Numbered from the stretch's first letter, positions 1 to 9,160 are shown. The stretch: DNA of 64,000 bases from Candidatus Micrarchaeota archaeon (GCA_023129075.1 JAGMCT010000002.1:67077-131076), one strand, 5' to 3'. Notes: generated from the letters alone by a model not told the origin. Translations and numbers: made by a program.

Positions 1-38
1 GTAAGTCCTTTACTTCCTGCATAAGGAGCATTATATTG

Positions 39-113
39 GAAAACCTTTTAAGCATTTATTGAGTAATTACCCCATGGCCAAATCCATAGTATTCAAACCA
101 AAAAAATCAAAGA
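39..113 (+). repeat. 75-bp direct repeat, copy 1 (promoter plus first codons of the TPR gene)
   Basis: Matches 1649-1723 with 3 mismatches. Confidence 0.9.
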
Positions 114-1618
114 ACATCCTTCTTTCTTCCAAACCTAAAATTTTGGCCAAAAGAAAACCAGTTAGAAAATACAAAACAGCAGGGTCAAGGCGAATAGCAA
201 TAGAGCTGGAGGGACAACCCGAAAAAATAAAACAGTATACAAAGAAATGGAATGGATTGGTTGAAAAGATTGCTTCAATAGTTAAAGAGAATATAAAAGG
301 AGAGGTTTCCAGAAGAGAAAGAGAGCCAGCGTTCTTCCTTGAAGTGTGGGGGGTCTTTAAATCCAATTGCAAGTTAGCCCCCCCCAAAGGTCGTGATATT
401 CTCCTTTTATCAGATTCTTTGGATTCCAATAAATTTGATTGTGATACTTCTTCTTTTCTGATTTATGATGTTGCAAAGCATTTGGATATATACATGGAAA
501 TAGTCATTGGTAAGCATAGGCATCTAAGTGAAAATGACCATGTAGTTGTAAAAACAATCAATTTGTTTTTTGAAACAACTAATGGAAATATTTTTAGTCT
601 ATGGGAGTTGGAGAAGAGATATCCAATAAGGAATATACTCAGAACCGATGATGAAATACAATCAATCTCCTACAGAACCAGAGGTATTTTGCATTTTGAA
701 AAAGGAGACTACGACAAGGCAATAGCAGACTACACCAAATCCCTGGAACTCAATTCAAAAAATAGCGGAACTTACAATAACCTAGGTGTTGCTTACTCAA
801 GGAAGGGAAACCACCGCAAAGCAATGGTGAATTTCAACAAGGCAATAAAATTCGACCCAAGAGATGCCGATGTTTATTACAATAAAGCTGGAACTTACTC
901 AGATATAGGTGAATATGACAAAGCGATAGCAGACTACAACATATCCCTGAAGCTCAACCAAAAAATAAGAGGCGCCCATCTTAACAGAACGAAAATAGCA
1001 GAGATTTATCTTGGCATGGGTGCTGCCCATCTTGGAAAAGGAGACTACGACAAGGCAATAGCAGACTACACCAAATCCCTGGAACTCAATTCAAAAAATA
1101 GCGGAACTTACAATAACTTAGGTGTTGCTTACTCAAGGAAGGGAAACCACCGCAAAGCAATGGCGAATTTCAACAAGGCAATAAAACTCGACCCAAGAGA
1201 TGCCAATGCTTATTTTAGCAGAGCTGGAATTTACTCAAATAGGGGGGAATATGACAAAGCAATAGCAGATTACACCAAGTCCCTGAAGCTCAACCCAGAA
1301 ATAGCAGGTATTTACCTTAATAGGGGTAACGCTTATTATGAAAAAGGAGACTATGACAAGGCAATAGCAGATTACACCAAATTGATAAAACTCAGACCAA
1401 CATACGCAGGAGTTTACACCAACAGGGCTCTTGCTTATTCAATGTCAGGAAAATACAAAAAAGCCATACAAGATTATACAAAAGCTATAGAACTAGGTTC
1501 AGAGAATGCATTTACTTTTCATAACCGTGGTGTTACGTACCAAAGAATAGGAGAGGATAAAAAAGCTGAGAAGGATTTCGAAAAAGCAAAAGAACTTGAG
1601 AAGAAAACCAAAAAATGA
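74..1618 (+). CDS. TPR-repeat protein with N-terminal transglutaminase/cysteine-protease-like domain
   Basis: About 9 TPR units (GDYDKAIADYTKSLEL...). Upstream motif FDCDTSSFL...DHVVVK...FFETTNG resembles a Cys-His-acid triad. ATG at 74 lies ~25 nt after a TATA-like CTTTTAAG. Confidence 0.8.
   Translation: MAKSIVFKPKKSKNILLSSKPKILAKRKPVRKYKTAGSRRIAIELEGQPEKIKQYTKKWNGLVEKIASIVKENIKGEVSRREREPAFFLEVWGVFKSNCKLAPPKGRDILLLSDSLDSNKFDCDTSSFLIYDVAKHLDIYMEIVIGKHRHLSENDHVVVKTINLFFETTNGNIFSLWELEKRYPIRNILRTDDEIQSISYRTRGILHFEKGDYDKAIADYTKSLELNSKNSGTYNNLGVAYSRKGNHRKAMVNFNKAIKFDPRDADVYYNKAGTYSDIGEYDKAIADYNISLKLNQKIRGAHLNRTKIAEIYLGMGAAHLGKGDYDKAIADYTKSLELNSKNSGTYNNLGVAYSRKGNHRKAMANFNKAIKLDPRDANAYFSRAGIYSNRGEYDKAIADYTKSLKLNPEIAGIYLNRGNAYYEKGDYDKAIADYTKLIKLRPTYAGVYTNRALAYSMSGKYKKAIQDYTKAIELGSENAFTFHNRGVTYQRIGEDKKAEKDFEKAKELEKKTKK
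701..1204 (+). repeat. Recent intragenic duplication of a TPR block (701-868 / 1037-1204)
   Basis: Two 168-bp copies offset by 336 bp, with about 3 mismatches. Confidence 0.85.
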
Positions 1619-1648
1619 TTTTTGAAGATGTTCTTTTCTAGAAACTCA

Positions 1649-1723
1649 GAAAACCTTTTAAGCATTTATTGAGTAATTACCCCATGGCCAAATCCAGGGT
1701 ATTCAAATCAAAAAAATCAAAGA
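1649..1723 (+). repeat. 75-bp direct repeat, copy 2
   Basis: Matches 39-113. Its ATG opens only a 21-codon ORF (MAKSRVFKSKKSKTVIPNGKN*). Confidence 0.9.
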
Positions 1724-1735
1724 CGGTGATTCCAA

Positions 1736-1888
1736 ATGGGAAAAACTAAAAAGACTCTTGGTAAAATATCCCAAAACATAAAGAGGCAAATAGCGGAACT
1801 TGAGGCAAAGGCAAGACGCGACCCTTTAAAGAAAAACGTTGCTCTTCACGACGAACTCAAAAAACTGAAGAAGAAGCTCCAAGACTAA
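1736..1888 (+). CDS. Small basic helical hypothetical protein (50 aa), not in the ORF track
   Basis: MGKTKKTLGKISQNIKRQIAELEAKARRDPLKKNVALHDELKKLKKKLQD*, preceded by the RBS GGTGAT. Confidence 0.6.
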   Translation: MGKTKKTLGKISQNIKRQIAELEAKARRDPLKKNVALHDELKKLKKKLQD

Positions 1889-1988
1889 ACCGCCATCGGA
1901 GCGTTCTTTTAATAAAATGCAGAAAAAACATTCACGGAAAATATTAGAAGATTTTTAAACTCATCCACTCACTTATTAGCGTGATAAA

Positions 1989-3527
1989 ATGAATAATGTT
2001 TATGTCTGCGATACAAGCGTAATTATAGATGGAAGAATCCTTGACCTGATAAAAAAGGAAAAGCTTACAGGAAAGATATACATTACAAATGCAACAATCG
2101 CAGAATTGGAGCATCAGGCAAATGAGCACAAGGAAATCGGGTTTGCGGGGTTCAAAACCATAAAGCACCTGAGGGAGCTTTCTGCTGAATGTGATATAGA
2201 GATTCTGGTTGAAGGAGAACGGCCTAAAAAGCACCATATAGAATATGCAGGGAAAGGAGGAATGGACGCCCTTATAAGGGATTTTGCAAAGCAAATCGGA
2301 GGAACTCTTATTACAGGCGACAAGGTTCAGCACGAGGCAGCCGAAGCCGAAGGAATCCAAACAACATACCTTAGAGCAGTGGAAGAGATAAAGGAGCTTC
2401 TTTTTGAAAACTATTTTACTCCGGAAACAATGTCTATCCATCTAAAGGAGAACTGCAAACCGCTTGGAAAAAGAGGAATGCCAGGTAGGTTTGAACTGAC
2501 GGAGCTTGGAAAAAAACTCACAATAACAGAATTAAGAAAGATGGGAGAGGAGATAGTTGAGCATACTGAAAGAAATAAGGAATATTCATTTGAAATAGAA
2601 AAGGAGGGTGCAAGTGTAATACAAATGGGCCTTTACCGCATTGTGATCTCCAAAAGGCCGTTTTCAGATGGTTTTGAAATTACTGTTGTAAAACCAATAA
2701 CAAAATTAGGCCTGGATGATTATGAAATAAGCTCAAAACTCATGCAAAGACTAGAAGAGAAAGCAGAGGGAATCGTTGTGTGCGGTCCCCCAGGCTCTGG
2801 AAAATCAACTTTTGCAACTGCCCTTGCAGAATATTACCATTCAAAGAAAAAAATCGTAAAAACAATGGAGAATCCAAGAGACATGAGAGTGATTGATGAG
2901 ATAACCCAATACACAGCTCTTGAAGGAAGTTTTGAAAACACAAAGGACGTGCTTCTTTTGGTAAGGCCGGATTATACATTTTATGATGAGATGCGCCAGA
3001 CAAGGGATTTCAGTGTTTTTGTGGACATGAGGCTTTCAGGGGTTGGTTTGGTTGGTGTTGTGCACGGAAGCAGGGCCATAGATGCAATCCAGAGATTTAT
3101 AGGCAAGGTTGATTTGGGAGTAATCCCCCAGGTTATTGACACAGTAATTCTGATTGACGGCGGAAGGATAGCAAAGGTTTACGAGCTTGAGCACCTTGTA
3201 AAGGTCCCAAGCGGAATGACAGAAAAGGACCTTGCAAGGCCTGTTGTTGAAGTAAGGGAGTTTGAGACAGGGAAAGTGGAATTTGAGATGTATAAATTCG
3301 GGGAGGAAACAATTGTTCTTCCCCTAAAGGAAAAGACACATACAAGAAAAACAGGAATAGAAGGAGAGCTTTCAAGACTTTTAAGAGGCGAATTTCATAT
3401 TGAAAAAAGAAAAGGAAAATATGTTCTTTCTGTAAGCAGCAAAGATGCAAATTATTTATTCAGAAACAGAAAAAGGCTGAGAAGGATTGAAAACAGGTAC
3501 GGACCTATAGAGATAGAGGAATTTTGA
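1989..3527 (+). CDS. PIN-domain/PilT-family ATPase (PINA-like)
   Basis: N-terminal PIN (VCDTSVIIDG, DALI), Walker A GPPGSGKST, Walker B region YDEMR and GVVH. Confidence 0.9.
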   Translation: MNNVYVCDTSVIIDGRILDLIKKEKLTGKIYITNATIAELEHQANEHKEIGFAGFKTIKHLRELSAECDIEILVEGERPKKHHIEYAGKGGMDALIRDFAKQIGGTLITGDKVQHEAAEAEGIQTTYLRAVEEIKELLFENYFTPETMSIHLKENCKPLGKRGMPGRFELTELGKKLTITELRKMGEEIVEHTERNKEYSFEIEKEGASVIQMGLYRIVISKRPFSDGFEITVVKPITKLGLDDYEISSKLMQRLEEKAEGIVVCGPPGSGKSTFATALAEYYHSKKKIVKTMENPRDMRVIDEITQYTALEGSFENTKDVLLLVRPDYTFYDEMRQTRDFSVFVDMRLSGVGLVGVVHGSRAIDAIQRFIGKVDLGVIPQVIDTVILIDGGRIAKVYELEHLVKVPSGMTEKDLARPVVEVREFETGKVEFEMYKFGEETIVLPLKEKTHTRKTGIEGELSRLLRGEFHIEKRKGKYVLSVSSKDANYLFRNRKRLRRIENRYGPIEIEEF

Positions 3528-4120
3528 TGAAGAAGAAGATTGTCTCGCTGGAAAAGGATTATAATGGGGCGGTCACCAGGTTGGAAAAGGTTTTGAAGGA
3601 AGGAGGAGTTGCCGTTTACCCAACCGATACCCTTTATGGCATTGGAGGAAATGCACTTGATTCAAAGGTTGTGAAAAGGGTATTAGAGATAAAGAAAAGA
3701 CCTGTTGATGTTGCACTTTCAGTAATTCTTGGAAATCTTGCAATGGTTGGAGAATACTGCATTCTTGATGATTATGATAGGATGAAGCTTGTGCATTATT
3801 TTCCGGGTCCATACACACTTATTTTTGAGGCAAGGAAGGACATTCCGGTTGTAAGGAACAGGAGAATAGGGATAAGGGTTTCTGAACACGTGTTGCTAAG
3901 GAAAATGTCCTTTAAATTAAAGATGCCAATAGTTTCCACAAGTGCTAATTTTCATGGAGGCAAACCCCCTGTTTCTATTCAGGATATTCCTAAAGAGATT
4001 CTTTCCGATGTTGACCTTGTTGTTGACGGGGGGACTACGATGTATGGAGAGTGTTCTACTGTAATAGATATGATTAAGAGAAAAATTGTGAGGCAGGGTG
4101 CAGGAAAACCAATATTCTAA
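3527..4120 (+). CDS. sua5: L-threonylcarbamoyladenylate synthase (Sua5/TsaC)
   Basis: YPTDTLYG, KKR, PGPYT, STSAN and STVID motifs. Confidence 0.9.
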   Translation: MKKKIVSLEKDYNGAVTRLEKVLKEGGVAVYPTDTLYGIGGNALDSKVVKRVLEIKKRPVDVALSVILGNLAMVGEYCILDDYDRMKLVHYFPGPYTLIFEARKDIPVVRNRRIGIRVSEHVLLRKMSFKLKMPIVSTSANFHGGKPPVSIQDIPKEILSDVDLVVDGGTTMYGECSTVIDMIKRKIVRQGAGKPIF

Positions 4121-4194
4121 AAACCAATGACAACCATTTTAATTTCTATCCTTCCATTCTTTCTTATTCTTTGAAAATAAAAAAAGGTGAAAGT

Positions 4195-4911
4195 GTGACA
4201 GAAGATATATCAAATATACAGGAAGAAAAAGTAGGGGAAAGCCCTGAAGAGAAACCAGAAGAAAAGATTGAGGAAAAAGCCGAGGAAAACCTTGAAGAGA
4301 AATCGGAAGAGATATCAGTAGAACAACCAACGGAGGAAACATCAGTAGAAACAGAAGAAACACCAGAGGAAAAACCAGAAGAAAACCCTGAAGAAAAGAC
4401 AGAAGAAACACCAGCAGAGCCAGTAGAAACACCAACGGAGGAAACATCAGTAGAAACAGAAGGAACAGAAGGAACAGAAGGAACATCAGAAGAAAAAGCT
4501 GAGGAAACACCAGAAACACCAGAAGAAAAACCAGAGGAAAAAGCTGAGGAAACACCAGCAGAAACACCAGAAACATCAGAAGAAAAACCAGAAGAAAAAG
4601 CCGAGGAAACACCAGAAACATCAGAAGAAAAACCAGAAGAAAAGATTGAAGAAAAAGCCGAGGAAACACCAGAAACACAAGAAACACCAGAGGAAAAACC
4701 AGAAGAAAGAAAAGATTTTGGGGGCATCCCTTGTCCTGTTAGAGTTGGTGACGAAGTAGAGGTAACCATTGAAGCAGTTGGTGCCAAAGGAGACGGCATT
4801 GCTAAGAAAGATGGTTTCGTTATTTTTGTTGCAAATGCACAAAAGGACGAGAATGTAAAGGTAAAAATTACAGAATTAAAAAGAACATTTGCCTTAGGTC
4901 AAAAACTCTGA
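4195..4911 (+). CDS. TRAM-domain RNA-binding protein with long Glu/Pro/Thr-rich N-terminal repeat region
   Basis: C-terminal PVRVGDEVEVTIEAVGAKGDGIAKKDGFVIFV is an archaeal single TRAM domain. GTG at 4195 follows the RBS GGTGA. Confidence 0.85.
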   Translation: MTEDISNIQEEKVGESPEEKPEEKIEEKAEENLEEKSEEISVEQPTEETSVETEETPEEKPEENPEEKTEETPAEPVETPTEETSVETEGTEGTEGTSEEKAEETPETPEEKPEEKAEETPAETPETSEEKPEEKAEETPETSEEKPEEKIEEKAEETPETQETPEEKPEERKDFGGIPCPVRVGDEVEVTIEAVGAKGDGIAKKDGFVIFVANAQKDENVKVKITELKRTFALGQKL

Positions 4912-4968
4912 TTTTTCAGGGTTATCCTTTTATTTTTTTCTATTTTTATATTATTTTGAGATGATATA

Positions 4969-5520
4969 ATGGGTATGTTAATGGATCCATATGATGAATT
5001 GGATAAGATAAGAAGAAGAATGAAGAAACTTTTTGGCTCTGAACACGAAGTCGGAATTCTTACAGCACACAGAGGTTTTGTTGCTCCTTCCGTGGAGATA
5101 AGTAAGAAAGGAGGAAAACTGATTGTTACTGCAAGATTACCAAAAGTAAGCGGAAAAGATATTGACATAAAGGTTACAGATGATGAGATTGTGATAAGAG
5201 GGGAAGAAAAAAAGACAAAAGCAGGAAAGAGTAAAGGAAAAATTTATTCGGAAACAAAAGAATCCATGTTTTATACTGCGATGTCTCTTCCTGAAAAGGT
5301 AGACCCAAAAACAGCCAGAGCGGAATTTAAGAACGGAATTTTGACTGTAACAATGAAACCAAAAAAGAAAACATTGGTTATGAAAGAGACTCCAAAAAGA
5401 AAAACAAAGAAAACCACAAAAAAGAGAGCAAAGAAAACCACAAAAAAGAGAGCAAAGAAAACCACAAAAAAGAGAGCAAAGAAAACCACAAAAAAGAGAA
5501 AAACAAGAAAAAAGAGATAA
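4969..5520 (+). CDS. Hsp20/alpha-crystallin small heat-shock protein with Lys/Arg-rich repeat tail
   Basis: LPEKVDPKTARAEFKNGILTVTMKP crystallin motif, followed by a (KKTTKKRA)n tail. Confidence 0.85.
   Translation: MGMLMDPYDELDKIRRRMKKLFGSEHEVGILTAHRGFVAPSVEISKKGGKLIVTARLPKVSGKDIDIKVTDDEIVIRGEEKKTKAGKSKGKIYSETKESMFYTAMSLPEKVDPKTARAEFKNGILTVTMKPKKKTLVMKETPKRKTKKTTKKRAKKTTKKRAKKTTKKRAKKTTKKRKTRKKR
5407..5499 (+). repeat. 24-bp tandem repeat (AAGAAAACCACAAAAAAGAGAGCA) x ~3.9
   Basis: Perfect tandem units starting at 5407, 5431, 5455 and 5479 (the last is partial). Confidence 0.9.
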
Positions 5521-6357
5521 TTAAAGCCATTTCAAATATTCTTTTTTCATTTTTTTTGCATCTATTTCAAGGGCAGGGGTTTCACAAATTATCCTGCCTC
5601 CATAACCGTTCTCAGCAAGCATTTTCATAAGAGGTTTATACGGCGGTTCATTGTTGCTTCCCAATACAAGATGATTCCTTTCTCCTTTTTCCGTATAATT
5701 AATCTCTGAAAAATGTGAATGAAAGTTTTTTGTAATGCCCGGAAGTTCCCTTTCCACATACTCAAAGAATTTCAAATAATCATCTTTTTTCCTGAATCTC
5801 CAGTCTTCTCTTGCATGCATATGTGCAAAATCAAAAACCGGTTTTACAAAATTAAGCTCCTGCGCCATTTCTATATTTTCTTTTAAACTGCCGAACTGAC
5901 TTTTTTTTCCTACTGTTTCAGCACCAAGGATTATTTTAAGCTTCTTTTTGTCCAATTTTTCTTTTATTTCCGCAAGCAGTTTCTTTGTTCTCTTTAAACA
6001 GATTTTTGAATCCTGTTTTTGGTAATACCCTGGATGGAAAACAGTTATTGTTGCCCCTGCAAGTGCGCTTGCCTTTGCAGAAAGATAAAGATTTCTTATG
6101 CTTGTTTCCTGTTTCTTTTTTTCTTTTGAGCAGAAATTTATCCAGTAGGGTGCATGAGAAGAAAGATGGACATTCATTTTCTTTGCCAGTTTTTTCACTT
6201 CCTTTGTTTTATCCTCCTTGAGCCATATCCCCATTCCGAATTCCATTTCCATTGCTTTGAATCCTAATTCATTACAACATTCCACCCCTTCAAGGATACC
6301 TCCTTTGCACTGAAGCGGAATCCCTGCAGGTCCGAAAAATACCTTTTGTTTTTTCAT
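5521..6357 (-). CDS. nfo: Endonuclease IV / AP endonuclease family 2 TIM barrel
   Basis: SSHAPYWIN, FHPGYY, ETVGK..QFG, DFAHMHAR, HFSEI and CETP motifs. Confidence 0.85.
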   Translation of the reverse strand: MKKQKVFFGPAGIPLQCKGGILEGVECCNELGFKAMEMEFGMGIWLKEDKTKEVKKLAKKMNVHLSSHAPYWINFCSKEKKKQETSIRNLYLSAKASALAGATITVFHPGYYQKQDSKICLKRTKKLLAEIKEKLDKKKLKIILGAETVGKKSQFGSLKENIEMAQELNFVKPVFDFAHMHAREDWRFRKKDDYLKFFEYVERELPGITKNFHSHFSEINYTEKGERNHLVLGSNNEPPYKPLMKMLAENGYGGRIICETPALEIDAKKMKKEYLKWL

Positions 6358-6392
6358 ATATCAAATAAAAGAAGACAGAATAATTAAAAGAT

Positions 6393-6464
6393 TGAGCCCG
6401 GGAGGAATCGAACCCCCTATCTATACCATGTCAAGGTAGTGTCTTACCGGTCGACTACGGGCTC
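6393..6464 (-). tRNA. tRNA-Val(GAC)
   Basis: Acceptor stem GAGCCCG/CGGGCTC, anticodon loop TTGACAT, T-loop TTCGATT. Confidence 0.9.
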
Positions 6465-6522
6465 TGGATTTCTAATCTTTATACATAGGTTTTTTATTCT
6501 CTGCGGTATTTTCTTGCCCCCT

Positions 6523-7914
6523 CTAATTTTTCCAGAATTTAAACAGCATATAAGAGATAAAGAGAAAACTCATCCATAACCCAATTATGGTGCTTACCGG
6601 CCCCTGCTGTATAAATGGAAGATATACAAGGGCAGACACAACCGATAGCACCCTCTCAGTCCTTGTAATCCTTGGATAGTAATGCATCTTTATTTTCAGT
6701 GCAGATTTTAACCCGGAATACAATCTTGGGAATAAAAGTGAAAAGTTTAGAAGGTATGCAAGAAAGGACCTTGTTAGCGACTTTGAAAAGATATAAGAAA
6801 GTAAAACCAAGAATGTTATGTGCTGTATAAAATAAAGCAGAGCGGCAACCATACCTACTTGGTATCCCTGCACCAATATACTTAGTATAACTAGTGCAAA
6901 CAGCAATTGGACAACAGAAAGATAATGCAGACCGTACATTACCGTTCCCATAAGTATATTTTCAAATACCCCAAATAGCGGAAATCTCCGCATATATATA
7001 GGGATTAGTTCCGTGATACCATACATATATCTGCTGTGGCTTTTTGTGAATTCACTGAATCTTTCATAAGGCTTTCCTTTTGCATAGCTAATCTGCATAT
7101 GCAGACCTATTTTCTCTCTTAGCCGTAACCTAAAAGATGAAGAAACATCTTCTATGAGAGCCCTTGGAAAACCACCTATGGCTTTTAGGTCCTTTATTCT
7201 TAGAATACCGCACGAACCGCTGAATAAGGAAATACCATACCTTGTATTCACAGGTTGGACCAAATTGAAAAAGCCAGTATCTGTAATTGTTGCAGCATCC
7301 TGGAATAGGTCCCCCTTCCGAAAACCTTTATCTGTTTGGATGAATGCAACCTTTTCATTTTCAAAGTGCCCCATAGTATCCATAAGAAAATTGAAGTTTG
7401 TAACCTTTTCATCAGCATCAAATATTGCCAGGTATTCTTCTTTCGCAGTCTTTAGGAATTCATTTATTGCTCCGCCTTTGAAGCCTTCCCTGTTATTTCT
7501 TGTAAAATATCCAATTCCATTTTTTTTGCAGAATTCCTTCAGCACCTTATTTTTACCGTCATCTAACAAATAGATGTTCATCTCTCCGGGGTATTCTATC
7601 TTTTTTATTGATTCCAGGGTTTCCTTTACGATTTCAGGGTTCACCTTGTAGGTTGGTACAACAACAGCAACAGGTGAAAATTTTGTCGGCGGTTTTGGTT
7701 TCAGCTGATTCCTTCCGCATTCCCAGGAATAGATGCCCCCTATGACTGTGAAAAAGCTAGTTCCAATCATCAACAAAAAGAATACTATTGCATGCACCAG
7801 CTCAAACCAGCTCTGTTGCATAATGGAATAAACTATCCACCAGCCTGAAAAACCCACAGCAATAATGGTTATTATGGCAATAAAACTCAAGAGCAAGATA
7901 TTGTCAAATCTCAT
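6523..7914 (-). CDS. Family 2 membrane glycosyltransferase (cellulose-synthase-like)
   Basis: LLDDG, GFKGGAIN, FDAD and IEDV motifs, several TM helices, and a degenerate QxxRW (SHSRY). Confidence 0.85.
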   Translation of the reverse strand: MRFDNILLLSFIAIITIIAVGFSGWWIVYSIMQQSWFELVHAIVFFLLMIGTSFFTVIGGIYSWECGRNQLKPKPPTKFSPVAVVVPTYKVNPEIVKETLESIKKIEYPGEMNIYLLDDGKNKVLKEFCKKNGIGYFTRNNREGFKGGAINEFLKTAKEEYLAIFDADEKVTNFNFLMDTMGHFENEKVAFIQTDKGFRKGDLFQDAATITDTGFFNLVQPVNTRYGISLFSGSCGILRIKDLKAIGGFPRALIEDVSSSFRLRLREKIGLHMQISYAKGKPYERFSEFTKSHSRYMYGITELIPIYMRRFPLFGVFENILMGTVMYGLHYLSVVQLLFALVILSILVQGYQVGMVAALLYFIQHITFLVLLSYIFSKSLTRSFLAYLLNFSLLFPRLYSGLKSALKIKMHYYPRITRTERVLSVVSALVYLPFIQQGPVSTIIGLWMSFLFISYMLFKFWKN

Positions 7915-7938
7915 GTTTTCTCCTTCTTTGAAAATGGA

Positions 7939-8040
7939 TGGGCCTGTGGAGATTTGAACTCCAGACCTTCGGCTGTCTTAGACCTATATTAGAGGAGGCC
8001 ATATAAGACCGGCGCTCTAACCAGCCTGAGCTACAGGCCC
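7939..8040 (-). tRNA. tRNA-Ile(UAU) with 27-nt canonical 37/38 intron (7975-8001)
   Basis: Acceptor stem GGGCCTG/CAGGCCC-A, anticodon loop CT-TAT-A|A, and a BHB motif (helix CTTA/TAAG, bulges TAT and ACA). Confidence 0.88.
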
Positions 8041-8175
8041 ATTATGGAATTTTATAAGCATGTGATGATTTAAAAAGCATTCGTCTTTTCCAACAGTCCA
8101 AGTTTTAGAAGAAGAAATCTGCACATTCTCCTTTTTTCCGATAGTTTTTTTAATTCCACGCAGTTATATTCTATT

Positions 8176-8583
8176 ATGGCATTCAATTTCAAGGCTTTCA
8201 CAAAAAAAGTCCTTTCTTTGTTAAAAGGAAAAATCAGTCCAGATGAGATTACCATACTTTCACATCTTTTTAATAAGACAAGCAAAAAGAACCGCATCCT
8301 TGCAACAGGAATTCTTTCTGTCTTGAAGGTTGGCGGTGCAACAAAAGACGATATCATGAAGTTTTCCACTATTCTTGATGAGGCAAACAATAGAATAATG
8401 CAGGAGAAGCTTCCGTTCACTAAGAAAGCTGAAAAAGAACTTGCAAAGATTTTCTCAAAAACAAAATTTCCTCAGAAGGCAAGGCGCACGTTCAAGCACG
8501 ACCTTGATATACCTCTTACCTCAGCAATAAACGAAAACATCCGAAGAAAAAAGAGAGTACCACGGAAAAAATTTTCCAAGTGA
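8176..8583 (+). CDS. Hypothetical basic protein
   Basis: 135-aa ORF after a TATA-like box, first gene of the run leading to thyX. Confidence 0.55.
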   Translation: MAFNFKAFTKKVLSLLKGKISPDEITILSHLFNKTSKKNRILATGILSVLKVGGATKDDIMKFSTILDEANNRIMQEKLPFTKKAEKELAKIFSKTKFPQKARRTFKHDLDIPLTSAINENIRRKKRVPRKKFSK

Positions 8584-8587
8584 GTCC

Positions 8588-9160
8588 ATGAAAATAAAGC
8601 TTACACCCGAACTCTCTTACATTATAGGATTATGGGGGCCGGTAAGAACAGAAGAAGGAATAGGGGTTGAAGGAGACGATGAACTTCTCTCAATTTTTTC
8701 ATCCGAAATTATAAAATTGGGTCTTGCCGAACCTAATAGAATCCAACATCGTGAAGGAAAGATTTTTTTCTATCATTCAGCGTACAGAAAGTTTTTTCAG
8801 GATGTGTTGAAAAATAAGGCAGACAGGTTTAAGTATAAGAATAAATACATGGCAAATTATCTTGCAGGCCTTTTTGATTCATGCGGTATGATAGATAGCA
8901 AAGGACTGGTTTTTTTCACCGTCAACGACCTTGTGCTGGAATCCATACTTGATGGAATAAATTTCAAGCCCAAGAAGAAAAAACAAGGTATAATGATAAG
9001 AGACCCATTGAAATTTCTTTCATTCATAAAACCGCTTCTTAAAAAAGATTACCCTTTACTAGATAAGATTTATGGAAAAGAGCAAGATACTAAAACAGGG
9101 ATTCGTCGAAGCAGAGGTAAGAACAAGCGGAATGCTCCAAAAAAGAAAATTCAGGATTGA
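8588..9160 (+). CDS. LAGLIDADG-fold protein (degenerate, WhiA/homing-endonuclease-like)
   Basis: Two helix motifs, ELSYIIGLWG and NYLAGLFDSCG. Confidence 0.6.
   Translation: MKIKLTPELSYIIGLWGPVRTEEGIGVEGDDELLSIFSSEIIKLGLAEPNRIQHREGKIFFYHSAYRKFFQDVLKNKADRFKYKNKYMANYLAGLFDSCGMIDSKGLVFFTVNDLVLESILDGINFKPKKKKQGIMIRDPLKFLSFIKPLLKKDYPLLDKIYGKEQDTKTGIRRSRGKNKRNAPKKKIQD

Noticed and set aside
4139..4799. Long antisense ORFs (182 and 211 aa) over the TRAM gene, and similar ones at 21688-22332 and across 31.7-34.6 kb
   Set aside because: They are shadows of low-complexity purine-rich coding sequence and give F/L/S-rich nonsense proteins.
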